Below are positions 8,596 to 17,900 of a DNA stretch of 64,000 bases, one piece after another. Numbering within the stretch: position 1 is the stretch's first letter; every line of letters begins with the position of its first letter. The stretch is from positions 50,357 through 114,356 of the forward strand of contig JAITVV010000073.1 in assembly GCA_031285625.1 (NCBI GenBank). Direction: 5' to 3'. The notes beneath the pieces were generated by a model, which saw only the letters and a list, made by a program, of their open reading frames with translations, had not been told where the DNA came from and made no database searches. The position numbers were made by a program, and so were the translations under genes. This DNA comes from Prevotella sp. GTDB taxonomy: Bacteria > Bacteroidota > Bacteroidia > Bacteroidales > Dysgonomonadaceae.

Positions 8596-10572
8596 TTAAT
8601 AACCCGGATTTTGTTCTATATTAGGATTTGCACTTACATCATTCTGTGGTATAGGCAACAGGTTGTTGTAAGACTGAGCACCGTATTTACCCAACGTCTC
8701 AACCAATATATTCCATCGGTTCAGTAACATATAATCAAATCCTTCTTTACTCATTTCAGATTTCCATAAATTACGAATCGCCACTTTCAATGTTTCATAA
8801 TTCATAGGATCAGAGAATAAAGGCTCTTTATTACAAGTATATATTTGATCGATATATGTCATAGCTTCTGTTAATTTTCCGGTTTCAAGTGCTGACTCTG
8901 CTGCTGTCAGTAAAACTTCTCTGTAACGTATAGGATGCATATAGTCGCCTTTTATCTCAACATAGCCTACATTCTTTGTACTATAACCTCCCAATAACAC
9001 TTCTTTATTAGATGCTGATGCAAAAGGCTTATTATTAGCATCTAAGCCATATAAATTACTATCCATAATAGCTCTCGACAAAGTATATGCCTTTGCATAA
9101 TCTCTCTCATTAGCATAGTAACGGGCAAGCATAGCGTTTACCGCACCAGCATTGGATGTAGATAACTTAGAAGTTAAACTTTCCACATATGCCATAACCT
9201 CTGCTTTTGAATTACGTTTCATATCTAACTTTTCAGAGAGTTCCATATATCTGTCAATCAGGACAACACCTCCATAATAGTTAGTAAGTACAGAGTAGAT
9301 ATATGCAATCTCGGACCAGTTCTGACCAGAAACTTTATTCCATTCATCAAGAATATAGGAAGGATAGCCCGGAGTTTCAAGTCTTTTTACCAAATAGAAG
9401 AAGTTGTTAATATATTTATAAGCAGTTTCCCATACCTTATTATTTTCACTAAAATACAGAGCAGGATACGAAACTTGCGGTTTAACCAGTTTGTTATCTA
9501 CCAGATAATTATAAGTTACAAATGATATAAATGTTTCATTGAGAGAACCCCGTAATTGATTAAGCCTCTCCAATGATATAAAAATATCTTCTGGGGAAAC
9601 AACATTACTAACTGTCATAATGTAAACCTTTTCAGTTGCATCCTTTTCTGCCTTGAAATAATCAGAAGTTAACAAGTCATCATAGTTAATAATACCATCA
9701 CCGTTTATATCAGCATACTTTACTGAACCCGGTACAACAATATCTGTAGAAGTGCCTGTCCGGTATTGCGGATAGCCATCGATTTCAGCTTGTGAAGTAA
9801 ATATACCTGCAATAAGAAATCCTCCGGCAGAAGATGATTTTTTATCTCCTTTCTTCACATTATAATATAGCCCGTCAGCATAATTATGATTATAAAAAGC
9901 GACTCCCTTATTATCAGTCATCACACTATCTAACAAAGTATAATTATCTCCAGATTTATTATATAAATATACCTTAGCTTCGTTTGAAACTGTAGCTTCT
10001 GTATTATTTCCTGTTGACCACTTCTCATTACATTCCAGAATATTAAATACCATCTTATACTTCTTCTGAGGTATATCTTTTACATCAGGTACTATTTCCG
10101 AAACCACATAAATATAGCTGTCACCAGCCTTGGTCGGAGATGTGGATACTAAAGGAATGCCATTGATTAAGATTTGGTTATTATACTTTGTTACATACAA
10201 AATATCATCTGAAATACTTTTCAGAGTCAAAGTATCAGTTGTAAGGGAAGTAAGATCATTAGCACCTTTAACTATATGGCGTTTTAATACTTGGCTGGTA
10301 TAACCACCGGTAGAAGTATCTTTTGTTTTAGTCTGACTCTTTACGGCGAGGATAGTCAATTTGTCTTCCGCAATATTCAAATTTGGAGATACACTTTTCA
10401 GAGCATCTGTAAAATCTTTCACATCACTCATACTTTCCAAGGCTTTTACCACCTCTTCAATCTGTTGTTGTCCTGCCGACGTTTTTTTTCCATTATCGTC
10501 ATCATCACTACACGAGAATAAAGCAAGTAATAGGAATAGTGCTGCAATACTTAGTCTTAAGGTATTTACCAT
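8596..10572 (-). CDS. Orphan lipoprotein: fasciclin-like domain, SusC-loop-like segment and degenerate RagB/SusD C-terminal domain
   Basis: Lipobox LFSC. Fasciclin-like 'LTILA...VLKRHIVKG...YIYVVSEIVP'. SusD-like 'IRYREVLLTAAESALE', 'EMSKEGFDYMLLNRW', 'LLPIPQNDVSANPNIEQNPGY'. Confidence 0.75.
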   Translation of the reverse strand: MVNTLRLSIAALFLLLALFSCSDDDDNGKKTSAGQQQIEEVVKALESMSDVKDFTDALKSVSPNLNIAEDKLTILAVKSQTKTKDTSTGGYTSQVLKRHIVKGANDLTSLTTDTLTLKSISDDILYVTKYNNQILINGIPLVSTSPTKAGDSYIYVVSEIVPDVKDIPQKKYKMVFNILECNEKWSTGNNTEATVSNEAKVYLYNKSGDNYTLLDSVMTDNKGVAFYNHNYADGLYYNVKKGDKKSSSAGGFLIAGIFTSQAEIDGYPQYRTGTSTDIVVPGSVKYADINGDGIINYDDLLTSDYFKAEKDATEKVYIMTVSNVVSPEDIFISLERLNQLRGSLNETFISFVTYNYLVDNKLVKPQVSYPALYFSENNKVWETAYKYINNFFYLVKRLETPGYPSYILDEWNKVSGQNWSEIAYIYSVLTNYYGGVVLIDRYMELSEKLDMKRNSKAEVMAYVESLTSKLSTSNAGAVNAMLARYYANERDYAKAYTLSRAIMDSNLYGLDANNKPFASASNKEVLLGGYSTKNVGYVEIKGDYMHPIRYREVLLTAAESALETGKLTEAMTYIDQIYTCNKEPLFSDPMNYETLKVAIRNLWKSEMSKEGFDYMLLNRWNILVETLGKYGAQSYNNLLPIPQNDVSANPNIEQNPGY

Positions 10573-10657
10573 AGTTTGTTAGTTTATATTGGACATAAAT
10601 TAAGTTCGTAATAAAGATAGTCTTTTTATTTATATTGAATAATATTGACAAATAAAA

Positions 10658-11188
10658 TTACAGGTCATATGTAAAGTAATAAGCTTTTTGCTCATCCTCA
10701 TTATACCAGAAATGCTTTATATAACGTTTATCAGCACTTTTCCAGGTATATAACTGCAATGAATCTATTTTATCTTTCTGCCACCAATCAAATACATAAT
10801 TGAAAATAATACCATCACCAATTGGCTTAATAGTATCAACTACCATCTGATGCTTATCCAATATCCTCTTTACTGTCGATGTGTCACAATTGAACGAAAA
10901 CCTATAAGAGGCATCTATTCCTATTGCATCATCAAAACAATAGATATTATAGATATCAGGAGTTAGCTCTACTTTCAGGAACTCAGTGAACCTCTTCTTA
11001 TTCCATTTTGTATCAGGCGTGCCACTGTCGAATGTTGGCAAAAATTTATCCACCATCTCATCTTTTTTATCTGTCACTTTTTGTTCTGTATTGTCCACTA
11101 TCTTATTAATCTTATTGCAAGAATAAAAACATAAGAAAGTAACAATTGCAGCAACTAATAGGATTTTAATCAAACAGCTATTACACAT
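10658..11188 (-). CDS. Hypothetical lipoprotein
   Basis: 176 aa ORF with a hydrophobic N-terminus ending FYSC. No recognised domain. Confidence 0.65.
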   Translation of the reverse strand: MCNSCLIKILLVAAIVTFLCFYSCNKINKIVDNTEQKVTDKKDEMVDKFLPTFDSGTPDTKWNKKRFTEFLKVELTPDIYNIYCFDDAIGIDASYRFSFNCDTSTVKRILDKHQMVVDTIKPIGDGIIFNYVFDWWQKDKIDSLQLYTWKSADKRYIKHFWYNEDEQKAYYFTYDL

Positions 11189-11212
11189 AATATTACAGCA
11201 TTATTATCATCA

Positions 11213-11263
11213 AAAAAGTGACAAAAGTAACACATTTTATACAGTTTTCGGTTGTAACCTTTT
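11213..11263 (-). repeat. Dispersed intergenic element, copy 1 (GTWACA-N20-TGTYAC plus 9 bp direct repeat)
   Basis: AAAAAGTGACAAAAGTAACA-N20-TGTAACCTTTT on +. Similar copies lie at 22186 and 50989. Confidence 0.65.
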
Positions 11264-11298
11264 TCATATTAAAACGATTGTGTAATAAGATAAAATCG

Positions 11299-12639
11299 CT
11301 AGTGAATCTTTGTCTGCTTCTGGAATCTTATAAACATAAGTATAGCTGCACAACTAAGCCCTGATGGAAAAGTCATCCATACGCCCGGTACTCCCCAGCC
11401 AAGGATAAAGCCACAAATATATCCGATAGGGAGGGCTACAATAAAATATGAAATGAAAGCAATAATCATCATAGCCTTTACATCGGCAATCCCTCTCAAA
11501 GCATTTGCAAAAGCAATCTGCATACCATCTCCGAACTGATACAATAACATAGGGAAAACAAGCGTAACCACCACCAGGCTAACCTCTGCATTATCAGTAA
11601 ACCATCCACCCAGATAATTACGACACAAGAAAATAAAGGAAGAAGTAATAATTGCCATTACGATAATAATATGGGCACCGGCAAAAGCCGAATAGCGGAT
11701 ATTCTGTATATCATTTGTACCTTTATAATTACTTACTCTAACTGCTATAGCTGCACCCATACTGTAAAACATCATAAAGCTAACAGTAGAAATAGTAACC
11801 ATGATCTGATGAGCAGCAAGGGCTATGGTTCCCAACCACCCTATCATCACAGCACTCAGACTGAATGAAGCTGTTTCCATTCCCATCTGAAAAGCAATAG
11901 GCCAACCCAATTTATTAAGTTGTAAAAAATCCAATTTATTTAAAATCGAACGTCTGAACCCTGCCCTGTATTGATTATATCTCTTTGTAAAAAAGAAGAT
12001 AAATATAAAAGCGACAAGCATCATTATTCGTGAAAATAATGTACTGATACCCGCCCCAAGTAATCCTAACTCAGGTAAGCCCAATTTACCATTGATAAGT
12101 ATGTAGTTACCAATTATGTTCATTACATTTCCACTTAGTAATATCCACATAGCCACACGAGTATCCGTTATCCCATCGGCAAATTGTTTGAATCCATTAA
12201 ATACCATAATGAAAACAATGGATACCAGTAATGTAAGGTAATACGGTTTTATCAGAGGTATCAGCTCTTCCGGCTGACCAAGATTCCCTACATTAAGGTA
12301 CAAAATTGTCATAATAAGAGTTAACAATACAGCAACCAGAAGATTTGCCACCAGACTGTTTTTCAGTACACGTCCGGCAACAGTCAGTTCCTTATTACCA
12401 AACAGGCCTCCAACAATAGGAGTCAACCCATATGAAAAACCGGTACCGAATATAATCGCCAGATTAAATACATTATTTACGAATGAGGCAGCGGATAATT
12501 CTTCTGTGCTATGGTGCCCGATCATCAATGTATCGGCAAATCCCATGATGATTATTCCTATTTGCCCTATTACAATAGGAAGCCCCAGATAGAGTAGTGC
12601 TTTGTAGTGCGGTTTGTATGTATCAAAAAACTTCTTCAT
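11299..12639 (-). CDS. MATE family efflux transporter (NorM-like)
   Basis: About 12 TM segments, 'LGLPIVIGQ', 'ADTLMIGH', 'GKLGLPELGLLGAGIST'. Likely ATG at 12639. Confidence 0.92.
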   Translation of the reverse strand: MKKFFDTYKPHYKALLYLGLPIVIGQIGIIIMGFADTLMIGHHSTEELSAASFVNNVFNLAIIFGTGFSYGLTPIVGGLFGNKELTVAGRVLKNSLVANLLVAVLLTLIMTILYLNVGNLGQPEELIPLIKPYYLTLLVSIVFIMVFNGFKQFADGITDTRVAMWILLSGNVMNIIGNYILINGKLGLPELGLLGAGISTLFSRIMMLVAFIFIFFFTKRYNQYRAGFRRSILNKLDFLQLNKLGWPIAFQMGMETASFSLSAVMIGWLGTIALAAHQIMVTISTVSFMMFYSMGAAIAVRVSNYKGTNDIQNIRYSAFAGAHIIIVMAIITSSFIFLCRNYLGGWFTDNAEVSLVVVTLVFPMLLYQFGDGMQIAFANALRGIADVKAMMIIAFISYFIVALPIGYICGFILGWGVPGVWMTFPSGLSCAAILMFIRFQKQTKIH

Positions 12640-12709
12640 TAGTGGGTGCAAAAGTACAAAATATTCTACACACCTCAAGCAAAGTCTTATTCTTAGTATG
12701 TTTTACAAT

Positions 12710-12742
12710 CTTAACCGTTTCGTAACAAATCCTTAGTCCCTT
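12710..12742 (+). promoter_or_regulatory. Putative pho-box-like array (11 bp periodic direct repeats) upstream of pstS
   Basis: CTTAACCGTTT / CGTAACAAATC / CTTAGTCCCTT at exact 11 bp spacing. Confidence 0.5.
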
Positions 12743-12856
12743 TGTTGCAAATACTAAATAATATTGCATCAAAATTAAGGTCACAGACCTATTTATTAGA
12801 TTATAAGTTTGAGTAATATATCATTAAATACTTTCAGTACTTAAAATTAAAAAAGA

Positions 12857-13900
12857 ATGAAAAAAACATTATTATTTTCAGTTGCAGCATTAATAGTTAT
12901 GCTCAGCTCATGTGGAAAGAAAGAGGCATCCTTATCCGGAGCAGGAGCAACATTTCCTGCACCGTTCTATAATATAGTATTCAAAGAATATGCAAAATCA
13001 GGTAATGATGTCACATATGGGGCCATTGGTAGTGGTGGAGGAATTCGCAGTCTGAAAGATAAAACAGTGGACTTTGGAGCCACAGATGTTTTCCTTTCGG
13101 AGAACGAACTTCAGGAAATGGGTGCCGATATTGTACATATCCCAACAGCATTGGGCGGAGTTGTTCTTTCATATAATCTGAAAGACGTAAAAGACCTAAA
13201 ACTTACAGCAGATATAATCTCCGATATTTACAGGGGGAAAGTTACAAACTGGAACGATGCTAAATTAAAAGAGTTAAACCCCGCATTAAATCTACCAGAT
13301 AAAAAAATAATTCCTGTTTACCGTTCAGATGGTAGTGGAACAACATCCGTGTTCTCCGAATATATGTCGAAAGTAAACGAAGCATGGAAAGTAGAAATCG
13401 GAGAAGGAAAATCATTAAAATTCCCTGAAGGTATTGCTGCTAAAGGAAATCCTGGTGTAGCAGGTATTATCGCCGAAACAGAGGGAGCAATAGGATATAT
13501 AGGTTCTGAATACGCATTAGCGTTGAATATGTCTTCTGCTCTGCTCCAAAATAGTTCAGGTAATTTTGTCGCCGCTGATAGTAAAAGTATTTCAGCTTCT
13601 GCAAATGTAGATATACCTAATGATACACGTGTAGTAATTACCAACTCTTCAAATCCAGAAGCATATCCGATCAGTACATTTACATGGATTATCGCATACA
13701 AGGAGCAAAACTATAACAACAGAACAGAAGCTCAGGCTCAGGCATTAACTGCACTATTCAGCTACATCATCAGTGATGCAGGACAAGAAATTGCAACCAA
13801 AACACATTATGCCCCCCTACCTCCTGTTGCTGTAGAAAAGACAAAAGCAATAATACAATCTATGACATATAACGGTCAACAAATACCGGCTAACCAGTAA
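12857..13900 (+). CDS. pstS: Phosphate ABC transporter substrate-binding lipoprotein
   Basis: Lipobox LSSC, 'GAGATFPAP', 'GSGGGI', 'DFGATD', 'RSDGSGTT'. Confidence 0.96.
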   Translation: MKKTLLFSVAALIVMLSSCGKKEASLSGAGATFPAPFYNIVFKEYAKSGNDVTYGAIGSGGGIRSLKDKTVDFGATDVFLSENELQEMGADIVHIPTALGGVVLSYNLKDVKDLKLTADIISDIYRGKVTNWNDAKLKELNPALNLPDKKIIPVYRSDGSGTTSVFSEYMSKVNEAWKVEIGEGKSLKFPEGIAAKGNPGVAGIIAETEGAIGYIGSEYALALNMSSALLQNSSGNFVAADSKSISASANVDIPNDTRVVITNSSNPEAYPISTFTWIIAYKEQNYNNRTEAQAQALTALFSYIISDAGQEIATKTHYAPLPPVAVEKTKAIIQSMTYNGQQIPANQ

Positions 13901-13935
13901 TAAAGGCTACCCCTAACGGCTAAAAGCTCGTAAAA

Positions 13936-14784
13936 ATGAAAGATAAAATATTTAAGGCCATATTATTCTTTGCATCATGCCTCATTATATTGCTCACAGC
14001 AGGTATAATATATGGATTGGTAAGCAAAAGTTTTGGAGCTTTCTCTGAATTTGGATTCTTTGGCTTTATCACTTCTTCAGAATGGGATTCCCGTAACGAT
14101 GTATACGGGGCCCTGCCTTTTATAGCAGGTACCATGTTAACATCCATACTTGCGTTATTATTCTGTATTCCGTTTTCACTTTCAGTGGCTTTATTTAATG
14201 GCGAATACTTCCGTAACAAGAAGCTGTCGACTATTGTTAGCTCGGTTGTAGATCTGCTTGCAGGAATACCATCTATCGTATATGGATTGTGGGGATTTTA
14301 TACCCTACGTCCTTTACTTATAGATATGGGTGTGAATGACCAGGGATTTGGAGTACTGCTATCAGCTATTGTTTTAGCGATTATGATTATACCTTATGCT
14401 TCATCCCTTAGCGCCGAGTTTATAGCGATGGTACCCAACGAGCTGAAAGAAGGAGCTTATAGTCTGGGTGCTACCCACCTCGAAGTAATTACATCTGTAA
14501 ACTTACCGGTAGCGGGTTCGGGAATATTTGCATCCTATGTACTGGCCTTTGGACGGGCACTGGGAGAAACAATGGCTGTAACCATGCTGATAGGAAATAC
14601 GATCAATATTCCGGCTGCACTATCTGATACGGGAAATTCGATGGCAAGTATTATCGCTAATCAATTTGGTGAAGCCAGCGGATTGAAATTGAGTTCACTC
14701 ATGGCAATAGGATTATTACTATTCCTTATCACAGCCTGTATCAATTTTGTAGCTAAGTATATAATGAAAATGGTAAACAAATGA
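13936..14784 (+). CDS. pstC: Phosphate ABC transporter permease
   Basis: 'LLAGIPSIVYGLWG', EAA-like loop 'EGAYSLGAT', 'RALGETMAV'. Confidence 0.95.
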   Translation: MKDKIFKAILFFASCLIILLTAGIIYGLVSKSFGAFSEFGFFGFITSSEWDSRNDVYGALPFIAGTMLTSILALLFCIPFSLSVALFNGEYFRNKKLSTIVSSVVDLLAGIPSIVYGLWGFYTLRPLLIDMGVNDQGFGVLLSAIVLAIMIIPYASSLSAEFIAMVPNELKEGAYSLGATHLEVITSVNLPVAGSGIFASYVLAFGRALGETMAVTMLIGNTINIPAALSDTGNSMASIIANQFGEASGLKLSSLMAIGLLLFLITACINFVAKYIMKMVNK

Positions 14785-15659
14785 GAAAAGGATATACAGC
14801 AACAGCAAAATTCAGACTGGCAAAAAGCAGAATATTCTTCTTTGGTGTATGTGCACTCTCTGGCCTTACAATGATTCCGCTGTTTCTCATATTGTGGGAG
14901 CTGATAAAGAAAGGATATAAGCAATTTAATTTAAGTCTGTTTACAGAAGTAGCACCAACATCGATGGAAGCCATGCTGGCACGTATCAGCGACAGCCCCA
15001 TACCCGGAGGTATACTGAATGGTATAACGGGAACACTCCTCATACTAGCTATTGCAATCGTTATTGCAATCCCTATAGGAATAATGACCGGAGTATACCT
15101 GGCAGAAAATCAAAAGAAAAAAATGGCTAATCTGGTAAGAAGCCTGAGTGATCTGTTACAGGGAATTCCATCCATCGTTATCGGTGTTGTAGTATATATA
15201 TGGGTAGTTGTTCCCATGTCCGGTTATTCGGCTCTGGCTGGTAGCGTAGCATTAGCTATAATGATGTTGCCAATGATAATACGATCTACCGAGGAGAGCA
15301 TGAAAATGTTACCCACCTCTTTGAAAGAAGCAGGTTTGGCTCTGGGAGGATCATATACAAGTGTTATACTAAGGATTCTGTTGCCATCAGCCTTTAGCGG
15401 ACTGTTTACAGGATCGTTACTTGCCGTATCGCGTGTGATGGGAGAAACTGCACCTCTACTGGTTACAGCACTGGGAGCAGCAACCGTAAACTGGGATGTA
15501 ACAAACCCTACTAGTGCAATTTCCCTGCTGATCTGGGAATTCTACAATGATCCTAATCTCGCAGATTTAGTATGGTCCTCGTCCCTGCTACTTTTGCTCT
15601 TTGTTTTAGGTATTAATCTTTTTGCAAAAAGTATAGCTAAAAAATGGAAAATACAGTAA
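14781..15659 (+). CDS. pstA: Phosphate ABC transporter permease
   Basis: 'GIPSIVIG', 'EAGLALG', 'RVMGETAPL'. Overlaps the pstC stop (ATGA). Confidence 0.95.
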   Translation: MRKGYTATAKFRLAKSRIFFFGVCALSGLTMIPLFLILWELIKKGYKQFNLSLFTEVAPTSMEAMLARISDSPIPGGILNGITGTLLILAIAIVIAIPIGIMTGVYLAENQKKKMANLVRSLSDLLQGIPSIVIGVVVYIWVVVPMSGYSALAGSVALAIMMLPMIIRSTEESMKMLPTSLKEAGLALGGSYTSVILRILLPSAFSGLFTGSLLAVSRVMGETAPLLVTALGAATVNWDVTNPTSAISLLIWEFYNDPNLADLVWSSSLLLLLFVLGINLFAKSIAKKWKIQ

Positions 15660-16426
15660 ATTTGAATGAACAACATATCCTGGAACTGAAAGATGTATCA
15701 GTATCCTATACCCCGGGTAAGAACGCAGTAAACATGGTAAATGCAATTATCAAACCGAATACTGTCACTGCAGTTATGGGTCCATCCGGTTGTGGAAAAA
15801 GTACACTGCTGCGTGCAATAAACCGCATGCACGAACTTTATCCGGATATTGTTACCACCGGAGAAATACTCCTTAAGGGACAAAATATATTCGATATGAA
15901 TCCGATGAAGGTTCGCCGTTTGGCAGGAATGGTATTTCAACGTCCGAATCCATTTCCTACGATGAGTATCTATGACAATGTAATTGCAGGATATAAGCTC
16001 AACAATCTAAAATTGAATAAGACGGAGAAAGACGAAATAGTAGAAAACAGTTTACGCAGTGTAGCTCTTTGGGATGAAGTAAAAGACTCTATGACAAAAA
16101 AAGGGACATTCCTTTCGGGAGGCCAACAACAACGCCTTTGTATAGCCCGTGCCTTAGCCCTTAAACCGGAACTACTGTTAATGGATGAACCAACCTCTGC
16201 CCTCGATCCGATTTCGACAAGTAGAGTGGAAGAATTAATTTTCGAACTCAAAAAACAGTATACTATAGTAATTGTTACACATAATATGTCTCAGGCAGCC
16301 CGTTTATCAGATAACTCTATGTTTATGTATCTGGGAGAATTGGTTGAATACGGAACAACAAAACAAATGTTTACCAAGCCTAAAGATAAACGTACAGAAG
16401 ATTATCTGACAGGGGTATTTAGCTAA
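15644..16426 (+). CDS. pstB: Phosphate ABC transporter ATP-binding protein
   Basis: GPSGCGKST, '[10 protein letters not shown]', [16 protein letters not shown], 'DEPTSALDP'. Confidence 0.97.
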   Translation: MENTVNLNEQHILELKDVSVSYTPGKNAVNMVNAIIKPNTVTAVMGPSGCGKSTLLRAINRMHELYPDIVTTGEILLKGQNIFDMNPMKVRRLAGMVFQRPNPFPTMSIYDNVIAGYKLNNLKLNKTEKDEIVENSLRSVALWDEVKDSMTKKGTFLSGGQQQRLCIARALALKPELLLMDEPTSALDPISTSRVEELIFELKKQYTIVIVTHNMSQAARLSDNSMFMYLGELVEYGTTKQMFTKPKDKRTEDYLTGVFS

Positions 16427-16511
16427 TGTGCCAATTCGAAAATTAGCAAATTTTAAGATGATAAAAACAATTTGCTAATATGCTAATTCACTAATTTTCA
16501 AATTAAAGAAT

Positions 16512-17192
16512 ATGACATCAAATATAAAAAATAAGCAATTAGAACTTCTTCTTCACGATTTCGAGCATCTTTCAAAAACCGCTATGGTACAGATGCAGAT
16601 TGCAACAAAGCTTCTGCAGGATAATACAATAGAAGACCTTTACACAGAAGCTGAATCGAATGAGATCATTATGGACAGGCTGGAAATAAAAATACGTGAA
16701 GAGGTTGTGTTTACCATCTTTCAGTTTAACCCGATAGCTGCCGACCTGAGAAAGATAATAACATATCAGGATGTAACCACCAACCTGGAGCGAATAGGAG
16801 ATATACTTCTCAATATTATCCACTTCCTCAGAGAAACAGATCGTAGCCTCCCTGAATTTGAAGGTATCAACAAAAAGATAACCAAAATGATAGGATATGC
16901 AGCAGAGATGCTACGCAACGCTATTTTCTCATTCTCTAATGAAGACAGCCATATGGCCTATCAGGTGATAAAAGATGATGATAAAGTAGACGAGTTATTT
17001 CATGAAATTTCATCATCTTTACAGGATGTTTTTATAAACAGACCACTAAGAAAAGATGAAGTGCAGAGTATTATAAATATAAATGCCATATCATACAATC
17101 TCGAACGGATTGGAGACAGCTCTACGAATATTGCCGAGGCCGCTATTTATTTAACTGAAGGAAAAGATATCAGACATGGAAACAAACAATAA
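16512..17192 (+). CDS. phoU: Phosphate signalling protein PhoU
   Basis: 'PIAADLR', two 'LERIGD' repeats, 'DDKVDELF'. Confidence 0.93.
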   Translation: MTSNIKNKQLELLLHDFEHLSKTAMVQMQIATKLLQDNTIEDLYTEAESNEIIMDRLEIKIREEVVFTIFQFNPIAADLRKIITYQDVTTNLERIGDILLNIIHFLRETDRSLPEFEGINKKITKMIGYAAEMLRNAIFSFSNEDSHMAYQVIKDDDKVDELFHEISSSLQDVFINRPLRKDEVQSIININAISYNLERIGDSSTNIAEAAIYLTEGKDIRHGNKQ

Positions 17193-17877
17193 AGACATTG
17201 ACATATTGATAGTTGACGATGAACCGGATATTCGCGAAATTTTACAGTTTAATCTGCAGAACGAAGGTTATAATATAGATCTTGCCGAATCATCGGAACA
17301 AGCAGCCAAACTATTATCGCCTAAACATCAGCTGATATTACTGGATGTAATGATGGGAGGTATATCAGGTTTTAAGTTTGCAGACCAACTGAGAAAAGAC
17401 GGTAACACTATTCCAATCATCTTTTTAACAGCAAAAGATACAGAAAATGACATGTTAACAGGCTTCTCGATAGGAGGTGACGACTATATTTCAAAACCTT
17501 TCTCTATAAAAGAAGTTGTAGCACGTGTAAGGAGCGTATTGAAAAGAGCAGGAGGACAAAAGAATAATGTGCAAAAGAATTCACTCGTAGTAAATGACCT
17601 TGTTATTGATTTTGATACAAAAACCGTAACCGTAGAAAACAAAGCTGTAGAATTAACAAAAACCGAATTCAATATACTGGTTCTGCTGGTCCAGAATGCC
17701 GGGCGGATATTCTCACGTGCTGATATTTTAGATAAGGCATGGAAAGATGATGGCATTGTGCTGGAAAGAACTGTAGATGTACACATTGCCCGTTTGAGAA
17801 AAAAAATAGGTATCTATGGTGATTATATTATCAATCGTACCGGATATGGATATACATTCAATTTACAAAACAAATAA
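17176..17877 (+). CDS. phoB: OmpR/PhoB-family response regulator
   Basis: Receiver 'IVDDE...LLDVMM...DDYISKPF' plus winged helix 'RTVDVHIARLRKK'. The symbol is assigned from pst context. Confidence 0.8.
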   Translation: METNNKDIDILIVDDEPDIREILQFNLQNEGYNIDLAESSEQAAKLLSPKHQLILLDVMMGGISGFKFADQLRKDGNTIPIIFLTAKDTENDMLTGFSIGGDDYISKPFSIKEVVARVRSVLKRAGGQKNNVQKNSLVVNDLVIDFDTKTVTVENKAVELTKTEFNILVLLVQNAGRIFSRADILDKAWKDDGIVLERTVDVHIARLRKKIGIYGDYIINRTGYGYTFNLQNK

Positions 17878-17900
17878 CATTCAAATACCAAAATATAATT

